From positions 352,001-416,000 of the forward strand of contig JBPOFY010000002.1 in NCBI GenBank assembly GCA_051252375.1: a stretch of 64,000 nucleotides of DNA, given 5' to 3'. Positions within the stretch are counted from its first letter, which is position 1, and every line of letters starts with the position of its first letter. This document shows, piece by piece, positions 41,188 through 51,692 of this stretch. This DNA is from Opitutaceae bacterium. Its GTDB lineage: Bacteria; Verrucomicrobiota; Verrucomicrobiia; Opitutales; Coraliomargaritaceae. A program made the translations under genes and the position numbers. The notes beneath the pieces were generated by a model, which made no database searches, was not told the DNA's origin, and saw only the letters and a program-made list of their open reading frames with translations.

Positions 41188-41270
41188 TGGAGGGCGATGC
41201 TCCGTCATCGCCGCCCGTTAGTGCTAAGTCTATCAAACGCTCGGCGGTTGCGACGGAGCGCAACCCTCCA
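41188..41270. repeat. 83-bp REPIN unit downstream of RAYT
   Basis: Matches 40481-40563. Confidence 0.92.
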
Positions 41271-41271
41271 C

Positions 41272-41300
41272 AAAAAAGGCGCAACCGAAGTTGCGCCTTT
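41272..41300 (-). terminator. intrinsic terminator (possibly bidirectional)
   Basis: AAAAAAGGCGCAAC-CGAA-GTTGCGCCTTT. Confidence 0.8.
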
Positions 41301-41323
41301 GCTTTTAAAATAAATCCCGTTCG

Positions 41324-41497
41324 TTATTTTAGAACACCAAGAACAAGCAACAAGGCGTGAATTATCGCCCCCACACCAAAGGTAAGTAAAAGCAGCACGA
41401 TGTTGATGATAAGTGAAGTGCCAGCGCCCTTCTTGAAAAACACCGCCAGTGGTGGCAGGAGTATCGCGAGAATGATTAGAACGATTTTATTATCCAT
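41324..41497 (-). CDS. YqaE/Pmp3 family small membrane protein (57 aa, absent from ORF track)
   Basis: Manual translation MDNKIVLIILAILLPPLAVFFKKGAGTSLIINIVLLLLTFGVGAIIHALLLVLGVLK; LPPLAV and IHAL motifs. Confidence 0.88.
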   Translation of the reverse strand: MDNKIVLIILAILLPPLAVFFKKGAGTSLIINIVLLLLTFGVGAIIHALLLVLGVLK

Positions 41498-41573
41498 ATT
41501 GAGTGTGTGTTAGTGGTTTGTGTGATGCTTCAGTTATGAAGCAACTGAAACACTAGCGCTTTTCATACCAATG

Positions 41574-42176
41574 TCACGCTTGCATGTAGGAGAGCTTCCC
41601 CGCGGTTGCGGCTACATCGCCGGCGCCTTCAAGTAGCTCTGCAAGTGGATCGTAGTTGCCACTCAATAGGCTATCGCGTGCACCTGGCTTGATTTCGCAA
41701 GGCACCGATTGATCGCCAAAGCTGATCTTATGATTTTCGACATCAATCGTGAGTTCGACCTCAGGATTGGCTTCGATTGCCGCGGCGATAAGCTTACGAT
41801 CAGCATCGGACGCAATCACGCAGACCACGCCGAGGTTGATGGAGTTGCCGAAGAAAATTTCAGCAAAGCTACCAGCGATGACAGCATTGTAACCGGCACG
41901 GAGAATCGACTGTGGTGCGTGCTCGCGAGAGCTGCCGCAACCAAAGTTGTTTCCGCTAACGAGGATCGACGCCTTTGCAAAGCGAGGATCGTTGAGGTTA
42001 TGCTTTTTATCTTCGCCCGACTCGGTCTTACGCACGTCGTGGAAGAGATATTCACCGAGACCATCAAAGGTGATGCACTTCATGAAGCGTGCAGGGATGA
42101 TGCGATCGGTATCGATGTCGTCACCGGGAACGAAAACGCCCTTTCCGGTAACTTGTTTAATAGGTGTAGCTGGCAT
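41574..42176 (-). CDS. leuD: 3-isopropylmalate dehydratase small subunit
   Basis: DIDTDRIIPARF, NFGCGSSREHAP, SFAEIF. Confidence 0.97.
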   Translation of the reverse strand: MPATPIKQVTGKGVFVPGDDIDTDRIIPARFMKCITFDGLGEYLFHDVRKTESGEDKKHNLNDPRFAKASILVSGNNFGCGSSREHAPQSILRAGYNAVIAGSFAEIFFGNSINLGVVCVIASDADRKLIAAAIEANPEVELTIDVENHKISFGDQSVPCEIKPGARDSLLSGNYDPLAELLEGAGDVAATAGKLSYMQA

Positions 42177-42208
42177 GACTTTTTAAAATTTGAATTAAGA
42201 AAGGAGAC

Positions 42209-43624
42209 TTATGATTTAAAACCGAAGACCTGACGGGCATCGGAAACTTCACCGGTCACGGCTGCTGCTGCGACCATGATCGGGCTCATCAACATTGTGC
42301 GACCAGTCGGGCTGCCTTGGCGGCCCTTGAAGTTACGATTCGAGGAGCTGGCGCAAAGTTGATCGCCGACGAGTTTGTCAGGGTTCATCGCCAAACACAT
42401 GGAGCAACCTGCTGCGCGCCATTCGAAACCGGCTTCGATAAAGATCTTATCAAGGCCCTTCGCTTCAGCAATCTTCGCGACGACTTGAGAACCGGGAACG
42501 ATGATAGCTTGCACGCCCTTAGCGACCTTGTGGCCCTTGACGTATTTCGCAACTTCTTCGAAGTCGGAAAGACGACCGTTGGTGCAGGAACCGATGAAAG
42601 CGACGTCGATCTTCTTACCCTTGATTGGGCTGCCGCCTTCGAACTGCATGTATTCAAGCGCTTCGGCGATAGAGTCTTTGTCCGATTGTGTCGGTGCGTC
42701 GGCGATGGTTGGAATGTTTTCCTCGATGCCAACGCCCTGCCCTGGAGTGATGCCCCAAGTAACAGTTGGTTGAATCTCCGTGGCGTCGACGTTGACGACG
42801 TCGTCGAAAGCACAACCTTCGTCAGATGCGAAAGACTTCCATTCAGCAACGGCTGCGTCCCAAGCTTCACCGGTTGGTGAGTATGGGCGACCCTTGAGGT
42901 ATTCGAAAGTAGTTTCGTCTGGATTGACATAACCGACACGGGCACCGCCCTCGATCGACATGTTGCAGACCGTCATACGCTCTTCCATGGTGAAGTTCTC
43001 GAAAGTGCTGCCGGCATACTCGTAAGCGAAACCAGTGCCACCTTGTGTGCCAAGGAGACGGATGATGTGTAGAATCACGTCCTTCGCATACACACCAGGA
43101 AGCAAGTCACCAGTCACGTTGATGCGGCGAACCTTCAGCTTGTTCAAAGCGATGGTCTGCGTGGCCAACACGTCGCGCACTTGGCTGGTGCCGATGCCGA
43201 AGGCAATCGCACCGAAAGCACCGTGTGTCGCAGTGTGGGAGTCGCCACAAGCGATCGTTGTGCCCGGTTGAGTGATGCCCTGCTCGGGACCTACGATGTG
43301 AACGACACCCTGTTTACCAGTATTGGTGTCGAAGAAAGTGACGTTGTTTTCAGCGCAATTCCTACGCAGCTCCTCGATCATGCCCTGTGCGAGCGGATCG
43401 CTGTAAGGCTCGACCGCTTCGTTGGTAGGCACGATGTGGTCCACCGTAGCAAAGGTGCGGTGCGGATACTGGACCGTTAAGTCCTTATCTCGCAGCATGC
43501 CAAAGGCTTGCGGGCTCGTCACTTCGTGAATCAAGTGCGTGCCAATCAATAATTGCGTCTGTCCGTTGGCCAATTGGCGAACGGCGTGCGCGTCCCATAC
43601 TTTTTCAAATAAGCTTTTGCTCAT
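42209..43624 (-). CDS. leuC: 3-isopropylmalate dehydratase large subunit
   Basis: [41 protein letters not shown]. Confidence 0.98.
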   Translation of the reverse strand: MSKSLFEKVWDAHAVRQLANGQTQLLIGTHLIHEVTSPQAFGMLRDKDLTVQYPHRTFATVDHIVPTNEAVEPYSDPLAQGMIEELRRNCAENNVTFFDTNTGKQGVVHIVGPEQGITQPGTTIACGDSHTATHGAFGAIAFGIGTSQVRDVLATQTIALNKLKVRRINVTGDLLPGVYAKDVILHIIRLLGTQGGTGFAYEYAGSTFENFTMEERMTVCNMSIEGGARVGYVNPDETTFEYLKGRPYSPTGEAWDAAVAEWKSFASDEGCAFDDVVNVDATEIQPTVTWGITPGQGVGIEENIPTIADAPTQSDKDSIAEALEYMQFEGGSPIKGKKIDVAFIGSCTNGRLSDFEEVAKYVKGHKVAKGVQAIIVPGSQVVAKIAEAKGLDKIFIEAGFEWRAAGCSMCLAMNPDKLVGDQLCASSSNRNFKGRQGSPTGRTMLMSPIMVAAAAVTGEVSDARQVFGFKS

Positions 43625-43872
43625 GGTAATGTCCTCTCAGGAGGGGGTTAATCTCAAAAGCGTCTCAATAAGGATAGCTTTGCACGGTCTGGCAATCGCA
43701 AAGCGAAATTTTGATGCATTGCCCTATAGTATGCGAAAAAATCATTTCGATTGACTTCCCCGCCGCTGCTGACGTTATCGCGCGTTTAATTTACCCCCCG
43801 CTCCCACAAAGGCGGGGTTTCTCATTTTTTTAGGGCTAACTTCTGACATCTAGCTTCTAACACTTAACTACC

Positions 43873-45708
43873 ATGAACGCTAAAAACATCCGTAACATCG
43901 CCATCATCGCTCACGTTGACCACGGCAAGACCACCCTCGTGGACTGCCTGCTCGCCCAAAGTGGAACTTACCGCGAGAACGAACGTGTTCAAGAGCGCGC
44001 GATGGACTCCATGGACCTTGAAAAGGAAAAGGGCATTACCATTAAAGCGAAGAATCTCGCAGTAAAATGGACGAACCCAAAGGATGGCGAAGTCTACACG
44101 ATCAACATCGTGGACACTCCAGGGCACGCCGACTTCGGTGCTGAAGTGGAACGCGTGATGAAGATGGTCGACGGCGTGTTGCTTTTGACTGATGCCGTTG
44201 GCGGCCCACAGGCGCAAACACGTTGGGTGCTTCGTAAAGCCCTCGACCAAGGTCTGAAGACAATTTGCGTGATCAACAAAGTTGACCGCGATACTTCACG
44301 CCCTGACTGGGTGCACGATAAGGTGCTCGAACTCTTCCTCGATCTTGAGGCTGATGAAGATCAATTCAACGCCCCCTTCCTCTACGCTTCCGCCAAAATG
44401 GGCTTCGCCGACCGCGCAGTCGATGGCCCTCGCGAAAACATGGTCGATCTCTTCGAAACCATTGTCGACCGCATCCCTGCACCCGTCATCGAAGAAGGTG
44501 ATTTCCGCATGCTCGCGAGTAACATCGACTGGGACGACTACGTCGGCCGTATGGCGATCGGTCGTGTGCTTTCCGGTGAGGTTAAAGTCGGACAAACTAT
44601 TTTTGCGCTTCGCAAAGGCGGCAAAAAGGACCGCGTTAAAGTGACTAAGATGAAGAGCTTCTCCGGCGCGGGTAACACCGACGACGTGACGACTGCTGTC
44701 GCTGGTGACATTGTCGGCCTTGCTGGCTTCGACGATGTAGACATTGGCGACACTCTCGCAGCTTCAGCAGATATGGAAGCACTTCCATTCGTTGAAATCG
44801 ATCCAGCGACCGTCCAGATGGAGTTCTCTGTTAACAGCGGTCCGCTCGCTGGTAAAGATGGTAAGAAAGTCACTTCACGCCAAATCCGTGAACGCCTCAT
44901 CCGCGAAACACAGTCCAATATTTCGATTAGTATTGAAGACACCGACGACGGCACACGTTTCCTCGTCAACGCACGTGGCTCCATGCAGATCGCCGTCCTC
45001 GTCGAAACCATGCGCCGCGAAGGTTTCGAGCTACTCGTTTCCCGACCGACCGTTCTTTACAAAGAAATCGACGGCAAGCGCAACGAACCCTTCGAACGCG
45101 TTTGGGTCGAAGTGCCCGAAGAGCAACTCGGTGGTGTCATGGAAAACATCAGCAAGCGCAAAGGAAAGGTCACTAACATGGAGCACCATCACTCCGGCGT
45201 CACCGTCGAAGCAGAATGCCCCACTCGTGGCCTCATCGGTTTTGAAAGTGATCTCGTCACCATGACTTCTGGTCACGGCGTGATGAGCCACTCCTTCCTC
45301 GAGTATCGCCCACACTGCGGCGAGATCGTCACACGCCTCACCGGCACGCTCGTCAGCATGGAGCAAGGTAAGACAATGCCATACGCACTTGAGATGATTC
45401 AAAGCCGCGGCAAACTCTTCGTCGGCCCAGGTGAAGAAGCCTACGCAGGAATGATCGTTGGTGAAAACCCTCGCACCGAGGACATGCCCGTCAACCCAGC
45501 CAAAGCGAAGCAACTCGACAACATGCGTTCTTCCGGCACGGATAAGAGCATCCAGCTTTCACCGCCGATTAAGTTCTCTCTTGAGCGCGCGATCGAATAC
45601 ATCGCACCCGACGAGCTGGTCGAAGTCACACCGAACTTCTTGCGTATGCGTAAGCGTATCCTCGACGAGACCGTTCGCCGTAAGATGGCCAAAGCCGCCA
45701 AGAAGTAA
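43873..45708 (+). CDS. typA: translational GTPase TypA/BipA
   Basis: [39 protein letters not shown]. Confidence 0.98.
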   Translation: MNAKNIRNIAIIAHVDHGKTTLVDCLLAQSGTYRENERVQERAMDSMDLEKEKGITIKAKNLAVKWTNPKDGEVYTINIVDTPGHADFGAEVERVMKMVDGVLLLTDAVGGPQAQTRWVLRKALDQGLKTICVINKVDRDTSRPDWVHDKVLELFLDLEADEDQFNAPFLYASAKMGFADRAVDGPRENMVDLFETIVDRIPAPVIEEGDFRMLASNIDWDDYVGRMAIGRVLSGEVKVGQTIFALRKGGKKDRVKVTKMKSFSGAGNTDDVTTAVAGDIVGLAGFDDVDIGDTLAASADMEALPFVEIDPATVQMEFSVNSGPLAGKDGKKVTSRQIRERLIRETQSNISISIEDTDDGTRFLVNARGSMQIAVLVETMRREGFELLVSRPTVLYKEIDGKRNEPFERVWVEVPEEQLGGVMENISKRKGKVTNMEHHHSGVTVEAECPTRGLIGFESDLVTMTSGHGVMSHSFLEYRPHCGEIVTRLTGTLVSMEQGKTMPYALEMIQSRGKLFVGPGEEAYAGMIVGENPRTEDMPVNPAKAKQLDNMRSSGTDKSIQLSPPIKFSLERAIEYIAPDELVEVTPNFLRMRKRILDETVRRKMAKAAKK

Positions 45709-45733
45709 CACTTAGCGAACAGCAAAAACTTTC

Positions 45734-45770
45734 AAAGCCCATTAGGTAAATCACCTGATGGGCTTTTTTT
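45734..45770 (+). terminator. typA intrinsic terminator
   Basis: AAAGCCCATTAGGT-AAATC-ACCTGATGGGCTTTTTTT. Confidence 0.85.
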
Positions 45771-45818
45771 GGTTTATCATCATGCTCCTAGAAAGGCTTA
45801 CTTGATTCAGAGATTACT

Positions 45819-45913
45819 TGGAGGGCAATGCTCCGTCATTACCGTTCGCTAAGGGCGCTCGAATCACCCAGTCGCAAGCCATACGTGCGGAAACGACAGA
45901 GCGTTTCCCTCCA
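45819..45913. repeat. divergent TGGAG-family REPIN
   Basis: TGGAGGGCAATGCTCCGTCATTACCG ... CGGAAACGACAGAGCGTTTCCCTCCA. Confidence 0.8.
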
Positions 45914-45931
45914 GTGCCTCACTGATACTCG

Positions 45932-47203
45932 CTACATCTGCTTCGCCACCGCCACAAAGCGCTGCGCGGCCTCGATCAAACGATCCTCCGGCAAAGCACC
46001 AGAAGCCAATCGTGCACAGTGCCAAGGCTCACCGGAAGAGAAGCACAAATCACCCGGCACGTAGAGCACACCTTGCTCAATGCAACGCTGGCAAAATTCA
46101 CTTTCCATCCGCAGGTCGGAACCGATCGGCGCACGCGCCCAAATAATCAGACCACCCTTCGGTGTTTCCCAGCGCCAGCCAAGTTCCTTCAAACCTCCGG
46201 CGAGCAATTCACCTTCCAACACCTGCGCCTTGTGCGCGTAGTGTTTTCTGATGCCGGCTAAGTGCCCTTCATAAAGTCCCTCCTCCAAGACACGCTCGAT
46301 CAAAGCCTGATTAAAATGCGCCGAACCAAAATCCTGGTGCCCTTTGATACCCAGAATTTTGCCCAACCACTCAGAGTGCGTGCAATAACCGTAGCCCACT
46401 TTCAGACCCGTGGCGAACGGCTTGGTATAGGTGCCTAAATACAATTTCGGAAACAGCGCAAACTCCGGCATACTGATAATCGAAGGTGCCGGATGCGCCT
46501 CCTCGAAAAAGAGTTCACGATAAGCCGCATCCTCCATCACTGGCACAATGTAGCCCGCGTCCAACAACACCTTGGCGACAGCACGTTTTTCATCCGCCTC
46601 AAGCGAACGACTGCTCGGGTTACAAAAGTAACTGACCAAATACACCGCCTTCACGCGTGCCCGTTCTCCTGCAGCATCCAAGTCATGCAACAACGCAGCC
46701 ATTGCTTCAGGTATAATCGCCCCCGCATCATCACAAGGAATACCAATCGGCCGTAGCCCTAAGCCCTTGAGCATTTCCAAGCAAACGAAATAGCTCGGTT
46801 CTTCCACCAGCACAATATCGCCCGGATCGCACAAAGCTTGCACCGCCAAATAGAGTGCTTGTTGCGAGCCATTCGTGATAAACATGTTCGCCGGATCAAA
46901 AGCCGCCTTTTGCTCCCCCGGATGTGAAGCAATCACATCACAAGACAACTCACGCAAACGCGCCCTCCCCTGATTTTGACCATACTGCAGAGGCTCATCT
47001 GCCAAGCCCGCTTGCGTCAGTTCCGCCGCGAAACGAGCCACCAACTCACGCGGCAAGACCGCATTATCCGTAAACCCCGCCGCCAACGAAAGTAGCTCCG
47101 GATTCGCCAACGCACGCGCCATCAAATCAACGATCACCGGCGATTGTATCTCGCGGCCGATCTTAGAAAAAGCAATAGGCGGTTGTGGATCAGAGGAACT
47201 CAT
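45932..47203 (-). CDS. PLP-dependent class I aminotransferase (2-aminoadipate/MocR-like, no HTH)
   Basis: SLAAG, LQYG, ITNGSQQAL, NPS, EDAAY, GTYTKP...GLKVG. Confidence 0.9.
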   Translation of the reverse strand: MSSSDPQPPIAFSKIGREIQSPVIVDLMARALANPELLSLAAGFTDNAVLPRELVARFAAELTQAGLADEPLQYGQNQGRARLRELSCDVIASHPGEQKAAFDPANMFITNGSQQALYLAVQALCDPGDIVLVEEPSYFVCLEMLKGLGLRPIGIPCDDAGAIIPEAMAALLHDLDAAGERARVKAVYLVSYFCNPSSRSLEADEKRAVAKVLLDAGYIVPVMEDAAYRELFFEEAHPAPSIISMPEFALFPKLYLGTYTKPFATGLKVGYGYCTHSEWLGKILGIKGHQDFGSAHFNQALIERVLEEGLYEGHLAGIRKHYAHKAQVLEGELLAGGLKELGWRWETPKGGLIIWARAPIGSDLRMESEFCQRCIEQGVLYVPGDLCFSSGEPWHCARLASGALPEDRLIEAAQRFVAVAKQM

Positions 47204-47256
47204 AACTACACATCAGCATTCATTTTGAACCTCCCACTAGCAAGAAAGTAACAGAT

Positions 47257-47345
<89 letters not shown>

Positions 47346-47450
47346 CCGCATCCTGCGTAGCTAGTAGAGCGAAGCATGGAAGCGAACCGGACCACCGCAG
47401 GTGAAAATCCTGACACAAAGAAACCCGCTATTTCTAGCGGGTTTCTAAAA

Positions 47451-47533
47451 TACTCAGGGGGGGATTTGAACCCCCACGCCCTTGCGGGCACCACGACCTG
47501 AACGTGGCGTGTCTGCCGTTTCACCACCTGAGC
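47451..47533 (-). tRNA. tRNA-Leu (CAG)
   Basis: GCTCAGG acceptor, CCACG-TTCAGGT-CGTGG anticodon arm, long variable arm, GGTTCAAATCC T-arm; CCA not encoded; terminator at 47416-47446. Confidence 0.95.
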
Positions 47534-47861
47534 GAAAGTCGAAGTGCGGAGAAAAGTCGGCTTATCGGTCGCTGTCAATCTTGAGATTTGAGGTCTGGTT
47601 CAATGATTCGAATTAACCACAGAAATCACATAACACACAGAATGACTCGAAGCGCCCCTAACTGAGATGATTAGTCTCAAAGAAACAGCATACATTCCTA
47701 ATACTGAATATTATCGATCAGAGTATTTTGTGCCTTCTGTGCTTTTTGTGGTTCAAAAATTGAATCCGATGTTGGCTAGTGTGCGCTATTCGAACAATTT
47801 GAATAACTCAGCCAACAAAACCCATGCGCATCGAGACGATGCTGCGCTACCTTTTGACATC

Positions 47862-48398
47862 ATGACACTTGAACAACGCCTCGAAACATTTCTCGATCAA
47901 ACGCCCGCTGTTGATGACAGCGCTTATATCGCCAAAGGTGCCATAGTCATTGGCGCGGTGACTTTGTCCAAAGACTCCAGCGTCTGGCATGGCTCTGTCT
48001 TGCGCGGTGATATCAACACCATCGAGATCGGTGAAGGCTCGAACGTCCAGGACGGCACCATCGTGCACCTCTCGGATAACTACGGCGTGAAAGTCGGCAA
48101 ATTTGTCACCATCGGTCATGCAGCCATGATCCATGCTTGCGAAATCGGCGACGGCTGTCTCGTCGGCATGCAGGCTACCATCCTGGACGGTGCCGTGATC
48201 GGGGAAGAGTCGATCGTCGGTGCCGGCGCGCTCGTGACCAAGGGCACACAGGTGCCAGCCGGCTCGCTCGTGCTGGGCGCTCCAGCTAAGGTGGTGCGTG
48301 CATTGACTAACGCGGAACGTGCCACAGGCAGAGACATGGCCGAAAAATACGTGCGGGTCGCTAAAGGACACAAGGCACGATTCGGATCAGAAGCTTAG
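47862..48398 (+). CDS. gamma-carbonic-anhydrase family hexapeptide-repeat protein
   Basis: VLRGD.N.I.IGEGSNVQDG..VH, TIGH.A.IH.C, LVLGAPAK; ATG at 47862 chosen. Confidence 0.93.
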   Translation: MTLEQRLETFLDQTPAVDDSAYIAKGAIVIGAVTLSKDSSVWHGSVLRGDINTIEIGEGSNVQDGTIVHLSDNYGVKVGKFVTIGHAAMIHACEIGDGCLVGMQATILDGAVIGEESIVGAGALVTKGTQVPAGSLVLGAPAKVVRALTNAERATGRDMAEKYVRVAKGHKARFGSEA

Positions 48399-48415
48399 TA
48401 GGACTTCTCCAGCAT

Positions 48416-48908
48416 AGCTGGAAACCGCTTATTTTCGCTAATATACGCTTATGAATGATAAAACAGAATACATGGGATCCGAAGGTTATGCGTTAATCGG
48501 TGCTGCCTTTGAAGTGCATCGCGAACTAGGCGGGGGAATGAGTGAAGAAATCTATCAAGAGTCCCTGGAACTTGAATTAGGTTTTCGCACAATCGAATTC
48601 ACATCACAGCAAGAACTGAATCTATACTATAAAGGGCATAAGCTGGAAAAAACTTATATACCCGACCTCATTAGCCACGGATCCATCGTGATCGAATTGA
48701 AAGCGGTAAGAGCCTTAAACACAGAACATGAGCGACAATTACTTAATTACATGCGTATCACGAAAAAGGCAGTGGGATACCTGATAAATTTCGGCCCCAC
48801 CGATAAAATGGAGTGGAAGCGTTTTATTCTAAAGGAATTCATTCCGGATCAATAGATCAGCCCCACTCTACATAAGCGTATATTTGCGAAAATAAGCGGT
48901 TTCCGGCT
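48416..48908 (+). mobile_element. inverted-repeat-bounded GxxExxY cassette
   Basis: 38-bp IRs with 2 mismatches at 48416-48453 and 48871-48908. Confidence 0.7.
48451..48855 (+). CDS. GxxExxY protein (PD-(D/E)xK nuclease-like)
   Basis: EVHRELGGGMSEEIYQ, PDL...IVIELKA, QLLNY, GYLINFG. Confidence 0.93.
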   Translation: MNDKTEYMGSEGYALIGAAFEVHRELGGGMSEEIYQESLELELGFRTIEFTSQQELNLYYKGHKLEKTYIPDLISHGSIVIELKAVRALNTEHERQLLNYMRITKKAVGYLINFGPTDKMEWKRFILKEFIPDQ

Positions 48909-49017
48909 TTGCCGGACAGACAATTCATTATCTCCTTTCACTGCCCTTTTTAGTCAGGTCTTTTCGACGCTCTGGGCTTGCAATGCGTGGCGAATGCTTT
49001 CTGGTATTTATTGTTAT

Positions 49018-49032
49018 TGAGACTTAATCTCA
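49018..49032 (+). promoter_or_regulatory. candidate iron-responsive operator (Fur-like) upstream of feoA
   Basis: TGAGA-CTTAA-TCTCA palindrome 17 bp before the feoA ATG. Confidence 0.5.
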
Positions 49033-49049
49033 TACTTTCTTAACTTTTC

Positions 49050-49277
49050 ATGCGACTCGACCAAATCAAAAAAGGCGGCCTTTTCCGGGTCAAAGAAGTG
49101 GACTGCTCCAATGACTGCATTGCGCGGCTCATGTCGATGGGTCTACTCCCCGACCAGGAGATTCGTTTGGTGCACGAAGCACCGCTTGGCGATCCGATTG
49201 CGGTCGAGTTCAATGGTTGCCACATGAGTATCCGCCTCAGTGATGCAGCTGGTGTTGAAGTCGAACAGATCCAATGA
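49050..49277 (+). CDS. feoA: ferrous iron transport protein A
   Basis: RLMSMGL, APLGDPI, SIR..DA. Confidence 0.93.
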   Translation: MRLDQIKKGGLFRVKEVDCSNDCIARLMSMGLLPDQEIRLVHEAPLGDPIAVEFNGCHMSIRLSDAAGVEVEQIQ

Positions 49278-51505
49278 GCACGGCGGAAAAACGCATCCGG
49301 ATCGCCGTCATCGGTAATCCGAACACTGGAAAAACCTCACTATTCAACACCCTGACTGGTCTCCGCCAACGCGTGGGCAACTACTCGGGTGTGACAGTCG
49401 AAAAGAAGACTGGGATCTGGAACATGCCCCATGGGCAAGAGGTCGAGCTGATCGATCTACCCGGCACCTATAGCTTAAGTGCCACCTCTCTAGATGAGCG
49501 TGTGGCGGTGGACGTGATCGCTGGTCACGAAGCCGACTCCAAAGCACCAGACCTCGTGATAGTAGTGGTGGATGTTGAAAATTTACGCCGCAACCTTTTC
49601 CTCGCTTCGCAAGCTTCCGAACTCGGTGTGCCGATGGTCATTGCGCTCAATTGCTGGGATGTGGCAGAAAAAAAAGGTCTGCAAATTGATAGTAAGCTCC
49701 TGCAGCAACGACTCGGTGTGCCCGTCATCCCAACCGTTGCCAAGCGCAAGAGCGGCACTGACGAGTTAGCCAAAGCGGTCGAGCGTGCGATCGAAACTCG
49801 TCCGATGATGGCGCGTCCCTACTGGCCGGATCCGGTCAAAAAGGCACTCACTACTCTCAAAGAAGAACTCGTCGTCAAGCGCGGCGAATCGCTGCGTGAA
49901 GGCGAACTACAACGCCTCATCTTCGACCGAAAGAGCGCGGTGCGTGAACGCTTAAAGACACCTGCAAGCGAGCACGAGCCGATCATCAAAGCCGTGCGCG
50001 ACCAACTCTACAAAGATGGTTTCCAACCAGACGCGGCAGAATCGACCTTACGCTTTCGCTTTTTAAATCCTCTATTGAATGACGTGCTAGAGCGCCAAGC
50101 CGCACTCAAGAAACGAAGTAAATCCGAGAGCATCGACCAATTGCTGCTCCATAAGTTCTGGGGACTGCTCGTGTTTATCGGCATGATGTATGTCGTCTTC
50201 CAATCGGTTTACACTTGGGCGGGTCCGCTGATGGACTTAATCGAGGGCGGTGTCGGCTGGGTGCAAGGTATCGCGTCGGATGCGCTGGTTTCGATGCCGA
50301 TGCTGCAGAGTTTAATCGCCGATGGCATCATCGGTGGTGTGGGTGCCTTCTTGGTTTTCTTACCACAGATCCTAGTCCTGTTCTTTTTCATCTCTCTGCT
50401 CGAAGCCTCGGGCTACATGGCGCGCGCAGCCTTCTTGATGGATAAACTTTTCCAGTGGTGCGGACTGAACGGTAAAAGCTTCGTCCCCCTACTCACGAGT
50501 TTTGCCTGTGCCATTCCCGGCATCATGGCGACGCGCACGATCAACGACAACAAGGCGCGACTGATCACAATTTTGATCGCTCCTTTGATGAGTTGCTCGG
50601 CACGACTGCCCGTTTACTTGCTGCTGATCGGTGCCTTCATCGAGCCGCAGTATGGCCCTAAGGTTGCTGGCGCGACACTCTTTGCCATGCACTTCATCGG
50701 CGCACTCGTCGCCGCCCCATTTGCATGGGCTTTAAACAAGACCGTCAATAAAGGCCGCAAGCCCATACCATTCGTGATGGAGCTCCCCCACTACCGCGTG
50801 CCTCAAATTAAACTGACACTGCACCGCATGTATGAAAGCGGTAAGGAGTTCGTGGTGCGCGCCGGCACAGTGATTTTTGCCATGACCATCGTCATTTGGG
50901 CGCTGTTGTATTTTCCACGTTCGGCGGAGGTGGAAGAACGAGTCCAGGAGGCTTACCTAACAGAAATTATAAAATCTGACCTTGATCAGCATAATTTAGA
51001 AAACCCTTCACAAGAATTTAGTGGTCCGAAACTAGTTACCCTAGACGAAGGCGAACTCTCCAAGCGTATAGACGCAGCCTATCTCGAACAGAGCTACATG
51101 GGCCGCTTCGGTAAATTCGTGCAGCCGGTGTTTGCACCTGCAGGCTACGATTGGAAGATCACCGTCGGTGTGCTAGCGAGTTTTCCGGCCCGCGAAATCA
51201 TCATCTCGACCCTCGGCATCACCTACGCGCTTGGTGGCGAAGTCGATGAAGAATCCGGCGATCTACGCAGCACATTGAGCAACGCAAAATGGGAAAGCGG
51301 TCCCCGCATGGGCGAACCCGTTTTCAATATTCCAGTCGCGCTGTCGATCATGGTCTTTTTCGCACTCTGCATGCAGTGTGGCGCAACGCTCGCCGTCATC
51401 GCTAAAGAGCTCAACTGGTGGTGGGCCACAGGTAGCTTCTTCGCGCTGACAAGTATCGCTTGGATCGCTGCCGTGCTCGTCTATCAAATCGGAATGCTGT
51501 TTTAA
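49274..51505 (+). CDS. feoB: ferrous iron transport protein B
   Basis: GNPNTGKT, VGNYSGVTVEK, DLPGTYSL, SGYMARAAF, SCSARLPVY. Confidence 0.97.
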   Translation: MSTAEKRIRIAVIGNPNTGKTSLFNTLTGLRQRVGNYSGVTVEKKTGIWNMPHGQEVELIDLPGTYSLSATSLDERVAVDVIAGHEADSKAPDLVIVVVDVENLRRNLFLASQASELGVPMVIALNCWDVAEKKGLQIDSKLLQQRLGVPVIPTVAKRKSGTDELAKAVERAIETRPMMARPYWPDPVKKALTTLKEELVVKRGESLREGELQRLIFDRKSAVRERLKTPASEHEPIIKAVRDQLYKDGFQPDAAESTLRFRFLNPLLNDVLERQAALKKRSKSESIDQLLLHKFWGLLVFIGMMYVVFQSVYTWAGPLMDLIEGGVGWVQGIASDALVSMPMLQSLIADGIIGGVGAFLVFLPQILVLFFFISLLEASGYMARAAFLMDKLFQWCGLNGKSFVPLLTSFACAIPGIMATRTINDNKARLITILIAPLMSCSARLPVYLLLIGAFIEPQYGPKVAGATLFAMHFIGALVAAPFAWALNKTVNKGRKPIPFVMELPHYRVPQIKLTLHRMYESGKEFVVRAGTVIFAMTIVIWALLYFPRSAEVEERVQEAYLTEIIKSDLDQHNLENPSQEFSGPKLVTLDEGELSKRIDAAYLEQSYMGRFGKFVQPVFAPAGYDWKITVGVLASFPAREIIISTLGITYALGGEVDEESGDLRSTLSNAKWESGPRMGEPVFNIPVALSIMVFFALCMQCGATLAVIAKELNWWWATGSFFALTSIAWIAAVLVYQIGMLF

Positions 51506-51507
51506 GC

Positions 51508-51672
51508 ATGAAAACGATCGAATTCATCATTGTCGGACTCATCCTCTTAGGAGCGCTGTTCTACCTCTACACAGTATTCAAGCCGAAGAATAAATCGGGC
51601 GGCGGTTGCGGTTGTGACACAACCGATTGCAAGGTGCCGAAGCCTAAGATCAAGCATCCGGATGCGAAGTAG
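51508..51672 (+). CDS. FeoB-associated Cys-rich small membrane protein
   Basis: MKTIEFIIVGLILLGALFYLY...GGGCGCDTTDC, directly after feoB. Confidence 0.85.
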   Translation: MKTIEFIIVGLILLGALFYLYTVFKPKNKSGGGCGCDTTDCKVPKPKIKHPDAK

Positions 51673-51692
51673 AGCGCGTTCGTATTGCGAAG

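Noticed and set aside
43625..43750. Leu leader-peptide attenuator upstream of leuC
   Set aside because: No Leu-rich short ORF with a terminator was found on the minus strand.
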